Notes: a model not told the origin generated them from the sequence alone. A DNA stretch of 64,000 nt from Oligoflexia bacterium (GCA_963758495.1 CAVWVI010000004.1:224001-288000), one strand, 5' to 3'. Positions 18,572-28,844 are shown, counted from the first letter of the stretch. Made by a program: numbers and translations.

Positions 18572-19609
18572 ATGGCATCAGAACGTGTTCAGAAAATTTT
18601 AGCTCAAGCCGGTATATCTTCTCGTCGCAAAGCTGAAGATCTCATTAGCAGTGGCGAAGTCACTATTAATGGTAAACTTGCAAAATTAGGAGATAAAGCA
18701 GAGTGGGGAAAAGATGCCATCAAAGTCAAAGGCAAACTCCTCCTGCAATCAGAACCTCTTATTTACCTTGCATTTCATAAGCCCAAAGCCGTGATTTCGA
18801 TGTTATCTGACAGCGAAAACCGTCCTACGTTGGCGGAGTATTTGACTAAAATCAAATCAAGAATATTCCCCATAGGCCGGCTCGACTTTAATAGTGAGGG
18901 CTTGATTCTGCTCACTAATGATGGGGCATTTGCGGAAAAACTCCAGAAAAGCGACCAAGTTCTTCGCACTTATGCGATTAAAGTGAAGGGCCATCCGGAC
19001 AAAGAAATGATTACACGACTCGAGAAGGGTGCATGGATCGGTCATGTCAGAAAAAAATTATTAAAACCCCATTCTGTACGACTCACTGAAGAACTTCCTA
19101 GTAAATCTTTGATTGAAGTTTGCGTTTTAGGGGGAGGTGCATTTGATATGAAAGGCCTTTTTGAGGCTAAAGGATATCTTGTTGAAAAGATTGTCCGAAA
19201 AGCGATTGGTCATATTACCTTAAAAGGACTTCCCTCTGGGCATTTTCGTTATTTAAAAGAGACTCAAGTTCTAGCACTACTCAACCAGCCTGAGTTGGCA
19301 ATGCGTAAACACGAATACGAGATGCAGACTGCAAGACCTATCCCGGTCAAGAGAGTTTTAAAACCAGTATCGAAAATAAGACCGGTAAGCAGCTCTAAAA
19401 AGCCTCAGTTCAAAGATCCTCATTTAAAAATGCCGGTTTTTACTCAAAAACCGCAAACTGAAGAACGTACAACCAGAGTTGATTCTATGAGAAAGCCTCA
19501 AACCCGTACTGCCCGATCTGTTTCTAATAAAAATTCGCAATTTCAAGTTTCTAAACCCAGGCCCGGTTCCTCAAGAAGCACTTCACGAACTCGTACGCCC
19601 AGAAAATAG
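18572..19609 (+). CDS. rluB: RsuA/RluB-family pseudouridine synthase
   Basis: S4 domain ERVQKILAQAG..SRRKAE, catalytic GRLDFNSEGLILLTNDG, follows scpAB. Confidence 0.85.
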   Translation: MASERVQKILAQAGISSRRKAEDLISSGEVTINGKLAKLGDKAEWGKDAIKVKGKLLLQSEPLIYLAFHKPKAVISMLSDSENRPTLAEYLTKIKSRIFPIGRLDFNSEGLILLTNDGAFAEKLQKSDQVLRTYAIKVKGHPDKEMITRLEKGAWIGHVRKKLLKPHSVRLTEELPSKSLIEVCVLGGGAFDMKGLFEAKGYLVEKIVRKAIGHITLKGLPSGHFRYLKETQVLALLNQPELAMRKHEYEMQTARPIPVKRVLKPVSKIRPVSSSKKPQFKDPHLKMPVFTQKPQTEERTTRVDSMRKPQTRTARSVSNKNSQFQVSKPRPGSSRSTSRTRTPRK

Positions 19610-19622
19610 TTACCGAAAATAG

Positions 19623-20645
19623 CTACATCGCACCGAAATGGATCATATCGATGATGGCTTGGATCACTGGGATCGGACACTCCTTTTGCGGTAAATGACC
19701 ACATTGTGGGACTTCTCTCCAAATAGAGGAAGGCATCAAATCTCTCATCTGCTTTCCTATAGAAAGGGGGATCACATGATCTTCCTGTCCCCAAAGAAGG
19801 AGCGTAGGGCGATGCAAGGTAGGAAGTCGTAATTTCAATCCATCGTCTTCGATTTGCATGTCTACGATTTCCTTCGCATGATTCTGCTTTGCCCGCTCTG
19901 CAATCATTTTCCAAACCCGTTCAGGTAGAGTCCGAGGGTGAAAATAAGCTCTTTTTTGAAACTCCTTCAAAGATTCAACTGAGGGCTCTAGGAGCAGCTG
20001 CGCATTTTTGGATTCATCAGGGCTCTTCAGAGTCAGACCAGCCGAGTCCAATAGAATGAGCCTGCTGACCCCTTCAGGCCATTCCAAAGCGAGCCAAGCA
20101 CCAATCCAGCCCCCTAAGCTATTCCCTACCACCACCCATTCTGAGCACATGGACTTCAAAACCTTCTGAAGATTTTGGGCTTGAAGTCGAACTCTATATT
20201 GGGTCGGATCTTGGGGAGGGGGTGTTTGACCCGAACCTGGTAAATCCATCGCAAAAAGACGAAAGGGTTCATTCAAACCCATTTTGCGCCAATTCTCCTC
20301 AGGCCAAAGTAAGAGTTTTTTCCAAGTCTTGGCATCATCACCCAGACCATGAATCAGAGCCACACAAGCGCACCCCTGCCCAGAAAGACGCCCCCCTCCT
20401 GGACAAGTAGTCTCTTGCAGATAACCTTGCAATCCATCGACTTGAACAGTTCTGACCCCTTTCCTCCAATACTCAATACGATCTGAAAGTTGAGAAGCCT
20501 CTAATGGGAAAAAATACATCCCTACAGAATACAAACCTGCCAATCCTGCAAAAAGAGAAGCTCCCAAAGCCCATTTCCGCACACCCTTGTTTAAATGAAT
20601 CAGTCTTTTTATTTTAAGCATTGACTTTTTGATCCCATGAGACAT
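19623..20645 (-). CDS. Alpha/beta hydrolase
   Basis: LIHGLG, DLPGSG, nucleophile GNSLGG, WG.ED and GHLPQ.E. Start may be 20621. Confidence 0.9.
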   Translation of the reverse strand: MSHGIKKSMLKIKRLIHLNKGVRKWALGASLFAGLAGLYSVGMYFFPLEASQLSDRIEYWRKGVRTVQVDGLQGYLQETTCPGGGRLSGQGCACVALIHGLGDDAKTWKKLLLWPEENWRKMGLNEPFRLFAMDLPGSGQTPPPQDPTQYRVRLQAQNLQKVLKSMCSEWVVVGNSLGGWIGAWLALEWPEGVSRLILLDSAGLTLKSPDESKNAQLLLEPSVESLKEFQKRAYFHPRTLPERVWKMIAERAKQNHAKEIVDMQIEDDGLKLRLPTLHRPTLLLWGQEDHVIPLSIGKQMRDLMPSSIWREVPQCGHLPQKECPIPVIQAIIDMIHFGAM

Positions 20646-20686
20646 AGAGTAGCCAGGTTCCCAAGTAATTCAAATTACTTTTATGT

Positions 20687-20763
<77 letters not shown>

Positions 20764-20773
20764 ATTAAAAATG

Positions 20774-20812
20774 AAAAAAGCCTGTCGTTTAATTACGATG
20801 GGCTTTTTTTTT
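20774..20812 (+). terminator. Rho-independent terminator after tRNA-fMet
   Basis: AAAAAAGCCTGTCGT-ttaatt-ACGATGGGC followed by a T run. Confidence 0.8.
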
Positions 20813-20921
20813 GGAACAATATGTTCCGTTTATTCACAAACTTCTAGATAGACGGAACTATGTGAGCAATCATAGAATAAAGTCATGAGTTACAAGCGGC
20901 AAAAACTACTCGGTAAAAATC

Positions 20922-21164
20922 ATGAGCCCCACAGTTTTTAGGTACAAAAATTATCGTTTTTTCTTCTTCTCTCTTGAGGAATCCAGAATGCATATTCACA
21001 TCTCCTCTCCAGATGGCGAAGCTAAATTTTGGATTGAACCCATCGTGGCTCTAGCAGATTATAGCAGTTATTCCGCCAAACAAATTAAGGAACTTCAGAA
21101 AGTGGTGGAAAGTCATGCAAGCGAAATTACAAAAGCATGGAAAAAGCACTTCACAAAACCTTGA
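20922..21164 (+). CDS. DUF4160 family protein (putative TA component)
   Basis: MSPTVFR..YRFFFFS.EE.RMHIH....EAKFW...W..HF pattern. Confidence 0.85.
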   Translation: MSPTVFRYKNYRFFFFSLEESRMHIHISSPDGEAKFWIEPIVALADYSSYSAKQIKELQKVVESHASEITKAWKKHFTKP

Positions 21165-21384
21165 AATTCAAAATATTTCAAAGTATGGAATCTGGGTACT
21201 TATCTTTAATGAGGAGTTTTTTCTCACCTACGACAAATATCCCTGGTTTCAAAAAGCCACAGTTGAACAAATTTACCATGTGGAACTACATCACGGAAAG
21301 CACCTCTATTGGCCAGATCTTGATATCGACCTTGAACTAGAATCACTCAGATCACCTGAAAAGTACCCGTTGACTTACCGATGA
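21115..21384 (+). CDS. DUF2442 family protein (putative TA component)
   Basis: GIW....EFFL....YPWF..AT..I......LYWPDLDIDL..ESL..PEKYPL, paired with DUF4160. Confidence 0.85.
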   Translation: MQAKLQKHGKSTSQNLEIQNISKYGIWVLIFNEEFFLTYDKYPWFQKATVEQIYHVELHHGKHLYWPDLDIDLELESLRSPEKYPLTYR

Positions 21385-21421
21385 GGCTACCAATTAATAG
21401 AAAAGGCCTCTGAATAAAAGT

Positions 21422-22123
21422 TCAGGGGCTTTTTTTTGGAACCAATGGTTCCGTTGGTCCACAAGGTATAATACCCATCTGCTCGATATGCAAAATCACC
21501 TCGTCGGCCAACGTATCGGCATTCTTTTTTCCAGCTTCTAGAACCAATTCGGGCTTTAACGGTGGCTCGTAAGGATCGCTGATCCCTGTGAAACCAGTCA
21601 GATTTCCAGCTCGGGCTTTCTTGTAGAGCCCCTTGGGGTCCCGTTCTTCGCATACTGCTATTGGAGCATCCACGAAGACCTCAATAAAATCACCTGCCTT
21701 CAGCGTAGCTCTGACGGCATTGCGATCACGTCGGTAGGGGCTGATAAAGGCGGCAAGCGTAATGATTCCAGCCTCACAGAACAGTTTGGCCACTGATCCG
21801 ATGCGACGGATATTTTCTTCTCGGTCCTGAGCAGAGAATCCCAAGCCGAATCTCTTGGAGAATTCCTCGCCATGGTGTTCCTTGAGCATCCCGGGGCCGG
21901 CATTGAGTCCGTAGCGCACATTATCACCATCGAGCAAGTAGCCGTGCAGACCACGCTTGTGTAGCTTGTACTCTACCAGATTGGATACTGTACTCTTGCC
22001 AGAAGCACTCAAGCCCGTGAACCAGATGACGCAACCTCTATGACAGTTGAGCTTTTCGCGCTCGTCTCGTGTAACGCTTTGCTTGTGCCAAACAACATGA
22101 GTATCTCCGGTATCGTCCGCCAT
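21422..22123 (-). CDS. cysC: Adenylyl-sulfate (APS) kinase
   Basis: [47 protein letters not shown] and [11 protein letters not shown]. Confidence 0.96.
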   Translation of the reverse strand: MADDTGDTHVVWHKQSVTRDEREKLNCHRGCVIWFTGLSASGKSTVSNLVEYKLHKRGLHGYLLDGDNVRYGLNAGPGMLKEHHGEEFSKRFGLGFSAQDREENIRRIGSVAKLFCEAGIITLAAFISPYRRDRNAVRATLKAGDFIEVFVDAPIAVCEERDPKGLYKKARAGNLTGFTGISDPYEPPLKPELVLEAGKKNADTLADEVILHIEQMGIIPCGPTEPLVPKKSP

Positions 22124-22214
22124 AAAATACCTCGTATTAATTAATTAATTCTATGTGAGTTCCCTATTTTCACATCACTACTTACTGTTTGTATTGCATG
22201 CGAATCTTCTCCAC

Positions 22215-23039
22215 TTATTTAAAGCCAATAACGAAGCTGTCATTTTTTAAAGATTGCTTGTTGTAAGTGAGAGAGGTTGTTCTTTGGCCCACTAAAGATG
22301 AGTTTCGGTAGATACAGTCTCCTGCAGCGACATCCCACTCCATGGTGGGATTCATCCGAGGATAGATGTCCGCAAGCCCTTCCGCGACTAAGCAAAATTT
22401 GAGTGAACTTCCCGCATGAATCCGTTCTTTCACGGAAAAATCTTTTAAGAAATTTTCCAGTTCTTTCGATGGGTGTGATTTGCTCTCGACCACAACCAAA
22501 CCCTGACTCAGATTCGGTAATGAAGAGAATATTCTGGAGGGAAGTCCTTTCCCTTCCTGTTTCCAGCTTCCCAGTCCCTTTGCAGCATAAAACAGTAAGT
22601 TCTTTCCGGGAATATACACTACTCCCAGAATGACTTCTTGATTTTCTATAAGTGCAATATTTACAGTAAATTCGTCACTCCCTTTGAGGAACTCCTTGGT
22701 TCCGTCAAGCGGATCCACCAACCAAAAGCGCGGCCATTTTCTTCTTATTTCGTATTCGGGGACCTGACTTTCTTCTGAAATAATCGGAATTGTCGGACTC
22801 AAAGCCTCGAGTTGACTTATAATGTATTGGTGTGATTCCAAGTCAGCCGCCGTGAGTGGGGATTTATCCTCTTTATGGTTGATGGCAACTGGGTCCCGCT
22901 GGAAATGCTTGAGAATGAGCTTTCCAGCCTCGATTGCTATTGTATTCACTTCTTCAAGGTAATGGAGAGAATCAAATTGCTGATTGCAGAACCCCTCTCC
23001 TTTTAACTCATTTTTTAACTCATTAGTATTAGCGTTCAT
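22215..23039 (-). CDS. cysQ: 3'(2'),5'-bisphosphate nucleotidase CysQ
   Basis: KSPLTAADL, ISEE, FWLVDPLDGTKEF, GSSLKFCLVAEG.AD.YPR and EWDVAAG. Confidence 0.95.
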   Translation of the reverse strand: MNANTNELKNELKGEGFCNQQFDSLHYLEEVNTIAIEAGKLILKHFQRDPVAINHKEDKSPLTAADLESHQYIISQLEALSPTIPIISEESQVPEYEIRRKWPRFWLVDPLDGTKEFLKGSDEFTVNIALIENQEVILGVVYIPGKNLLFYAAKGLGSWKQEGKGLPSRIFSSLPNLSQGLVVVESKSHPSKELENFLKDFSVKERIHAGSSLKFCLVAEGLADIYPRMNPTMEWDVAAGDCIYRNSSLVGQRTTSLTYNKQSLKNDSFVIGFK

Positions 23040-23142
23040 ATTTCACAAATCCTTTTTTTTGAAATTCAAGCGATATTAAAATTCAGCTTATCTTCCTCTG
23101 ATTTCCTCGTGCTATTTCTTAATACCCTATTTTTTCTTAAGT

Positions 23143-23164
23143 GGTTATGTCTGCCGACATAACC
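23143..23164. promoter_or_regulatory. Palindromic operator copy 1 (upstream of cysQ-cysC)
   Basis: GGTTATGTC-TGCC-GACATAACC. Confidence 0.7.
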
Positions 23165-23235
23165 GTGAGAACACAACAATACGCAAGAAGACTGATTTTT
23201 AAAGTTCTCTAGAGCTATGACATGCATCCTAAAGT

Positions 23236-23562
23236 TTATCCTGGTAGAACTTTCGGCATTGTCATACCCACTACAAAACTTGCTGAGATAATCAGGAGCA
23301 CAACGGCAGCGATCACAGTAAAATGTCGATCACGTTCCCGTACAAATACCACCAGCATCAAACTCACACGTAAAACTGGCAATAGGATAAAAAGTGCGAT
23401 GCCTATTCTTACTACGGTTACGCTAGACAGCCTTGAATGGTCCCAATGAATCGCTTTGAGTAGAAAACCAAATCCAATTACAGCAGAGGCTATGTAAGTT
23501 CCATTTTTTAATAAGTCAGCGAGAATTAATTCGAGCCCTGATGCTTTGATTCTATTACTCAT
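23236..23562 (-). CDS. DUF1634 family membrane protein
   Basis: Three TM segments, GI.LFILLPVLRV...F..ERD, downstream of TauE. Confidence 0.8.
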   Translation of the reverse strand: MSNRIKASGLELILADLLKNGTYIASAVIGFGFLLKAIHWDHSRLSSVTVVRIGIALFILLPVLRVSLMLVVFVRERDRHFTVIAAVVLLIISASFVVGMTMPKVLPG

Positions 23563-24413
23563 ATTAAACTCCCCACTTTGATACCAAAGCCACAGAAAAT
23601 CATTTGTGTCGCCAGCAATAAAAGCACAAGGACAAATAATAAGCGTATTTTGTCACTTGATACCGACATCAAAATATGAGCCCCCAAGAAAGAGCCTACG
23701 ACGGAACCGAGAGCAACGGGTCCTGCAATAAAGGGTACGATGTCGCCACGCATGAAGTAGGCCCCAGCACTTGCTGCGGCAGTCACCCCAATCATAAAAT
23801 TAGATGTAGCCGAAGAGACTTTAATTGGAAGACGCAATGCTGTATCCATTGCAGGAATTTTGAGTACGCCGCTCCCAATTCCAAGTAATGCTGATATCAA
23901 GCCTGCGCCATACATGAGCACCATTCCGGCTGGGACCCGCTGCACTTGATATTCAACGTCTTTTCCAAGTGTGCGGTCAGGGTAAGTCGCATGCAGCCTG
24001 AAAACGGTACCCCAATCGCCTGGAATAGAAACTATCGGGGTGATTGCCGCTCCACGCTTAATAAACATTTGCTGGGCCGATACCGTCAAGACAACTGCAA
24101 ACAGAAAAAATAAATATGAGACGGGTATGATTCCGGCCAGTAATACTCCACTGAGAGCTCCCAAGGTGGTGGCAGTTTCAAGTAAGATAGCGAGTCGAAT
24201 ATTCGTTAATCTTTCTTTCAGAAAGGGAGCAGCACTGCTACATGAGGAAGCAATCACTGAAACAATACTTGCGCCGATAGCAGTATGAATGTCGATGTGA
24301 CCAAACATTGTCAGAATAGGGACGATGAATATCCCGCCCGCCATTCCAAGCATGCCCCCAAGACCGCTTGCGCCAGCAGACATCGCAAACAACCAAAAAA
24401 AATCGGTATCCAT
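23559..24413 (-). CDS. Sulfite exporter TauE/SafE family permease (copy 1)
   Basis: G.AGGIFIVP.L, AIGASIVSVIA.S, LLGIGSG..K.PAMD and KVSSATSNFMIGVT. Confidence 0.92.
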   Translation of the reverse strand: MDTDFFWLFAMSAGASGLGGMLGMAGGIFIVPILTMFGHIDIHTAIGASIVSVIASSCSSAAPFLKERLTNIRLAILLETATTLGALSGVLLAGIIPVSYLFFLFAVVLTVSAQQMFIKRGAAITPIVSIPGDWGTVFRLHATYPDRTLGKDVEYQVQRVPAGMVLMYGAGLISALLGIGSGVLKIPAMDTALRLPIKVSSATSNFMIGVTAAASAGAYFMRGDIVPFIAGPVALGSVVGSFLGAHILMSVSSDKIRLLFVLVLLLLATQMIFCGFGIKVGSLI

Positions 24414-24478
24414 TTAATCTTGTCCCCCTTAAACATCAACCATCAGCTTATTCTCATAGCATCTTTTTTTTAGAGTGT

Positions 24479-24496
24479 TTATGTCCGGCGACATAA
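24479..24496. promoter_or_regulatory. Palindromic operator copy 2 (divergent tauE/sulfotransferase spacer)
   Basis: TTATGTC-CGGC-GACATAA. Confidence 0.7.
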
Positions 24497-24595
24497 GAAG
24501 GAATTTGCCACTAGGCTATGTTTCAAAAAGGAGATTATTGAGATGCAAACAATTGTTTGGGTAGATATGCCAGAAATAAAAATCGGAGAATCGAC

Positions 24596-25786
24596 ATGAT
24601 CATCGCCGAACTCGCAACAGTCATTGCGCTCGTAGCTTACGTCTTTTTCCTCGTACTTTCGCCGTTTCCCTACTGGCCGTCCTATCGGGCAGTATTCGCA
24701 AGCGTGACGGCGGCAAAATCGATCACTTTCCGGCAGCGGGCGGTGCTCTACACGTACCTGCTCAAGGACTTGCTTGTTTTTCCAATAATTTCGTTCTTTT
24801 GGCTGGTGGACGAAATCCTGTTCCGAGGCTATCGGAATATCGAGATCAAAGCGCCGGTCTTCATCGTCGGCCAGCCACGTAGCGGAACGACCTTTCTCCA
24901 CCGCACGCTTTCGGCCGACAAGAGTTTCATCTCACTCAAGCACCTTGAGTGGAAGTACCCACTCATCAGTCTATGGAAGCTAATTGACCTATTCCATCTG
25001 CGCTCTCTGATCGAGAAAATGCACTACTGGCCCAACTCCACGGCGGGACGCGTCGCCCGCAAGATGCATGAACACCGCCTCGGCAGCTTCGAGGAGCACG
25101 GCATCTTCTTCGAGGAACGGTTCTACCACCACTATTTTGTCTTTCGCCGGTATCCCTTTCCCGAACTGCTCGGCAAGATCACAGACTTCTCCCACCTGAG
25201 CGAGAGTGCTCGCACTCGGATGATCGACGTGTTTAGACGGGTCGTACAGAAGACGATGTACTACCGCGGGCAAGACCTCCTCTGGTTAACTAAGGAGAAT
25301 GAGAGCATTGAGCTGTACGAGATGATGGGTCGCGCCTTCCCGGGCTCGCGGTTCATCTTCATCGTGCGCGATCCCGGCGAGTGCGTTGACTCGTACATCA
25401 ACCTCTCCAAAACTTCGACCCTGGTAAAGACCTCTATTGAACCGACTACAATCAGGGGTTGGTTTAACGAGAACATCGGATTCCGGCGTAGTGAGTGTAC
25501 AAAGATGGTCGAGTTCTGGGACCGTGTCTCATTGACGAACCCTTCCGTCGCTGTAACTTATAGACAGCTCACCGCCGACATTCCGGGTACAGTGTCGTAT
25601 ATTTATCAACAGCTCGGACTGCACATGAGCAGAGAATACTCCACACACCTTCGCCAGCTCGAAACAATGCAGAATGCGAGGAAGAGCGGCTACAAGAACA
25701 CTCACTACAACACAAGCGGATTCGAATTCTACTCGCGTTTTGTTGCCAAAGTGGAAGAGGTAGACCAAAGTCTACCCACTGGGTGA
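24596..25786 (+). CDS. PAPS-dependent sulfotransferase with N-terminal membrane anchor
   Basis: 5'-PSB loop PVFIVGQPRSGTTFLH and 3'-PB RFIFIVRDP. Hydrophobic N-terminus. ATG at 24596 after GGAGA. Confidence 0.88.
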   Translation: MIIAELATVIALVAYVFFLVLSPFPYWPSYRAVFASVTAAKSITFRQRAVLYTYLLKDLLVFPIISFFWLVDEILFRGYRNIEIKAPVFIVGQPRSGTTFLHRTLSADKSFISLKHLEWKYPLISLWKLIDLFHLRSLIEKMHYWPNSTAGRVARKMHEHRLGSFEEHGIFFEERFYHHYFVFRRYPFPELLGKITDFSHLSESARTRMIDVFRRVVQKTMYYRGQDLLWLTKENESIELYEMMGRAFPGSRFIFIVRDPGECVDSYINLSKTSTLVKTSIEPTTIRGWFNENIGFRRSECTKMVEFWDRVSLTNPSVAVTYRQLTADIPGTVSYIYQQLGLHMSREYSTHLRQLETMQNARKSGYKNTHYNTSGFEFYSRFVAKVEEVDQSLPTG

Positions 25787-25850
25787 AACCATTATTTCCG
25801 AAATGAGCTGCACTGTCACATAATATATGGGTACGACCGTTTAATTTATT

Positions 25851-25872
25851 AGTTATGTCCGCCGACATAACT
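25851..25872. promoter_or_regulatory. Palindromic operator copy 3 (upstream of Crp/Fnr gene and cysDN)
   Basis: AGTTATGTC-CGCC-GACATAACT. Confidence 0.7.
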
Positions 25873-25897
25873 GCTTGTTTCTAATCCTGTTAAGTAT

Positions 25898-26581
25898 TTG
25901 GAAAAGGGGGATGGCCAGTTGTTTAACGCTAGAAATAGTGAATCATTTACCTTCTTCGGTGAAAAGGTCGTTGGGGAGGCTCAGGTGGAGTTGGCGAAAG
26001 GGACGTTCATGCACCCACTCAAACGTGGTGAGACGCTTTATCGGGTCGGTGATGCGCCGACCGGATTCCATTTTATTCAATGCGGCATCATTGGACTCTG
26101 GGCTTCAGGTCCGACTGGAAATGAGTATCTCATTCGACTCGCTAAGACTGGCCAATATGTCGGGCATCGATCACTGTTTGCCGAGGAGGTACACCATGCG
26201 ACAGCGATAGCGTTGGAAGATACGACGATCATCTCAGTATCGAAGGAAGTCATCTTTCACGTGATTCAAATATTTCCTAAGATTTCTTTACTCATCTTGG
26301 AAACGATCGCTAAAGAACTGAAGCACGCAGAGCTGGGTCGTGTTTCCATAGCAGATAAAAACGTGATTGCTCGAGTAGCGGAGAGCGTACTTTATTTGAA
26401 AGAACGATTTCCCGAACATATGTGGACGCGACGTGAGATCGCGGAGTTTTGCGGAAGCACGACTCCAACTGTGATCCGTGCACTAAAGAAGCTTGAGACG
26501 GATGGAATCATCCAGCAAGCTGGCCGTACTATTAAAATCTTAAAAAGGGAAGCGTTACTAGATCTTGCAGCAAGTGAGTAA
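25898..26581 (+). CDS. Crp/Fnr family transcriptional regulator
   Basis: cNMP-like barrel (KRGETLY..GD....HFI..G...GQYVG..SLF...ATAIALED) and C-terminal HTH TRREIAEFCGSTTPTVIRALKKLE..GII. Start uncertain. Confidence 0.9.
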   Translation: MEKGDGQLFNARNSESFTFFGEKVVGEAQVELAKGTFMHPLKRGETLYRVGDAPTGFHFIQCGIIGLWASGPTGNEYLIRLAKTGQYVGHRSLFAEEVHHATAIALEDTTIISVSKEVIFHVIQIFPKISLLILETIAKELKHAELGRVSIADKNVIARVAESVLYLKERFPEHMWTRREIAEFCGSTTPTVIRALKKLETDGIIQQAGRTIKILKREALLDLAASE

Positions 26582-26631
26582 GCGGTTTTTCAAAGTCCCA
26601 ATTAAGTAGGACAATAGTCATTGGAGGAGTC

Positions 26632-27534
26632 ATGATAGCAAGAAGTTTAACACACTTAGAAACGTTAGAGGCTGAATCGATACACATTCTTCGCGAAGTC
26701 GCGGCGGAGTTCGAGCGGCCAGTCCTTTTATTTTCAGCTGGGAAGGACTCGATATGCATGCTCAGGCTGGCAGAGAAAGCCTTTCGCCCGGCCCGCTTTC
26801 CATTTCCCCTCATGCATATCGATACCGAACACAATTTCCCGGAGCTCATCGAGTTCCGAGATAGACGGGCTAAACAGCTCGGTGAAAAACTCATTGTAAG
26901 AAGTGTGGACGACGCAATTGCAAAGGGGATTGCTCGCCCGGCACCAGGAGAGGAAAGCCGCAATCGGCTGCAAATTCCCACCTTGCTTGCGGCGATTGAG
27001 GAATTCCGTTTCGACTGCGCCATTGGTGGGGCACGGCGAGATGAGGAGAAGGCGCGCGCGAAGGAGCGGGTATTTTCGTTCCGTGATGCGTTCGGTCAAT
27101 GGGACCCGAAGAATCAAAGACCGGAGCTTTGGGACCTTTATAATGCGCGAGTGAATCCAGGAGAACACATGCGAGTCTTTCCTTTAAGCAACTGGACTGA
27201 GCTGGATATCTGGGAGTACATCGGTCTTGAGAAACTCGAAGTCCCATCGATCTATTTCAGTCACTCTCGAGAAACTGTGCGGCGTCACGATCAGTGGCTT
27301 CCGGTTAGCCCGCTCTTAACTCTCCGAAAGGGGGAACAATCCCGAATTCTCAAAGTGCGCGTGAGAACTATTGGCGACATGAGTTGTACCGGGTGCGTCG
27401 AGTCAGACGCTAGCGGGATAGATGATATCATTCGAGAAATTTCGGCCGCTCGAGTCACAGAACGGGGAAGCCGAGCGGACGACAAACGATCCGAAACATC
27501 AATGGAAGATCGCAAAAGAGAAGGATATTTTTAA
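26632..27534 (+). CDS. cysD: Sulfate adenylyltransferase subunit 2
   Basis: LEAESIHILREV, FSAGKDS, GGARRDEEKARAKER, WDPKNQRPELW and SMEDRKREGYF. Confidence 0.97.
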   Translation: MIARSLTHLETLEAESIHILREVAAEFERPVLLFSAGKDSICMLRLAEKAFRPARFPFPLMHIDTEHNFPELIEFRDRRAKQLGEKLIVRSVDDAIAKGIARPAPGEESRNRLQIPTLLAAIEEFRFDCAIGGARRDEEKARAKERVFSFRDAFGQWDPKNQRPELWDLYNARVNPGEHMRVFPLSNWTELDIWEYIGLEKLEVPSIYFSHSRETVRRHDQWLPVSPLLTLRKGEQSRILKVRVRTIGDMSCTGCVESDASGIDDIIREISAARVTERGSRADDKRSETSMEDRKREGYF

Positions 27535-28844
27535 TGGAACACTCAATGAAAACCCAAAAAATAACCCAAGAAAAAGTCAAACTTCTTCGCTTCAGTACAG
27601 CAGGAAGTGTGGATGATGGAAAGAGCACGCTCATTGGACGCCTTTTATACGACTCGAAGCTAGTGTTCGAAGATCAGCTCGAGTCACTTCAACGCTCTAG
27701 TGATTTGACTGGAGGAGGAAAGATCAACCTTGCGAATCTGACAGATGGCTTAAGAGCCGAGCGAGAGCAGGGCATTACTATCGATGTCGCCTACCGCTAT
27801 TTTGCAACTCCTCAACGAAAGTTCATCGTTGCAGATACCCCAGGCCATGTTCAATACACACGTAACATGGTGACCGGAGCTTCTACAGCACAAGCGACGA
27901 TTGTTCTGGTTGATGCGCGCCAAGGGGTGATTGAGCAAACTCGTCGTCATGCCTTTATCTCCTCATTGCTACGGGTCCCTCACTTGGTAGTCTGCATTAA
28001 TAAAATGGATCTTGTTAACTATTCACATGAAGTATTCGAAAAAAATCGTCAGGATTTTCTGAAGTTTGCTGACAAGCTCCACTTTCGAAAAATCACATTT
28101 ATTCCGATCAGTGCTCTTTTAGGAGATAGTGTCGTCGAACGTTCCAGCAACATGAAATGGTACAAGGGACCTTCATTGATTGAATACTTGGAACAACTCG
28201 ATATTGACGACGAGGACAAAGGAGATCCTCGATTCTCTGTTCAATATGTCATTCGTCCGAACTCTCCCGACTCCAACGAGAACCATGATTTTCGGGGTTT
28301 TGCGGGAAAAATAGCGTCTGGGAGTTTTAAGATCCATGACCCAGTGATGGTCTTGCCTTCAGGGAAGGTCTCGAAAATAAGTCAAATCCATACACACGAT
28401 GGAAATTTAAATGAGGCATTTGCACCGATGTCGGTGACCCTACTTCTGGAAGATGACGTCGACATCAGTCGGGGCGATATTCTTGTGCATCCGAGTAAAT
28501 TACCGATCATAACGCAAGAGTTTGAGGCTATGATCAGTTGGATGATTGATGAACCGATGCAGCTAGGTCAAAAATTTGCCATAAAACATTTATCAAAAAA
28601 CTCGAGGTGTATTGTGAGTGCAATAGATCACCGAATTGATATGGAAACGCTGGAACCTAACTTTGAAATACAAACTTTGCGTTTGAATGATATCGGTCGA
28701 GTGAAATTCAAAACAATGAAGCCACTAGCCGTCGATCCGTATTCAGTCAATCGCGGAACAGGGCGCTTCATTTTAGTGGATGAAGCGACGAATGCAACAG
28801 TCGGTGCTGGAATGATTTGTGACCTCAATTCTGTTAAACGTTAG
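27534..28844 (+). CDS. cysN: Sulfate adenylyltransferase subunit 1 (GTPase)
   Basis: GSVDDGKSTLIGRLL, EREQGITIDVAYRYF, DTPGH and NKMD. No fused CysC. Confidence 0.97.
   Translation: MEHSMKTQKITQEKVKLLRFSTAGSVDDGKSTLIGRLLYDSKLVFEDQLESLQRSSDLTGGGKINLANLTDGLRAEREQGITIDVAYRYFATPQRKFIVADTPGHVQYTRNMVTGASTAQATIVLVDARQGVIEQTRRHAFISSLLRVPHLVVCINKMDLVNYSHEVFEKNRQDFLKFADKLHFRKITFIPISALLGDSVVERSSNMKWYKGPSLIEYLEQLDIDDEDKGDPRFSVQYVIRPNSPDSNENHDFRGFAGKIASGSFKIHDPVMVLPSGKVSKISQIHTHDGNLNEAFAPMSVTLLLEDDVDISRGDILVHPSKLPIITQEFEAMISWMIDEPMQLGQKFAIKHLSKNSRCIVSAIDHRIDMETLEPNFEIQTLRLNDIGRVKFKTMKPLAVDPYSVNRGTGRFILVDEATNATVGAGMICDLNSVKR

Noticed and set aside
24479..24901. Alternative ORFs from the six-frame track (e.g. 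24479-24901 minus, 26532-27023 minus, 30737-31207 plus, 57236-57652 plus, 63397-63783 either strand)
   Set aside because: They lie antisense to, or overlap, well-supported genes, tRNA or repeats and show no protein motifs, so they were treated as shadow ORFs.
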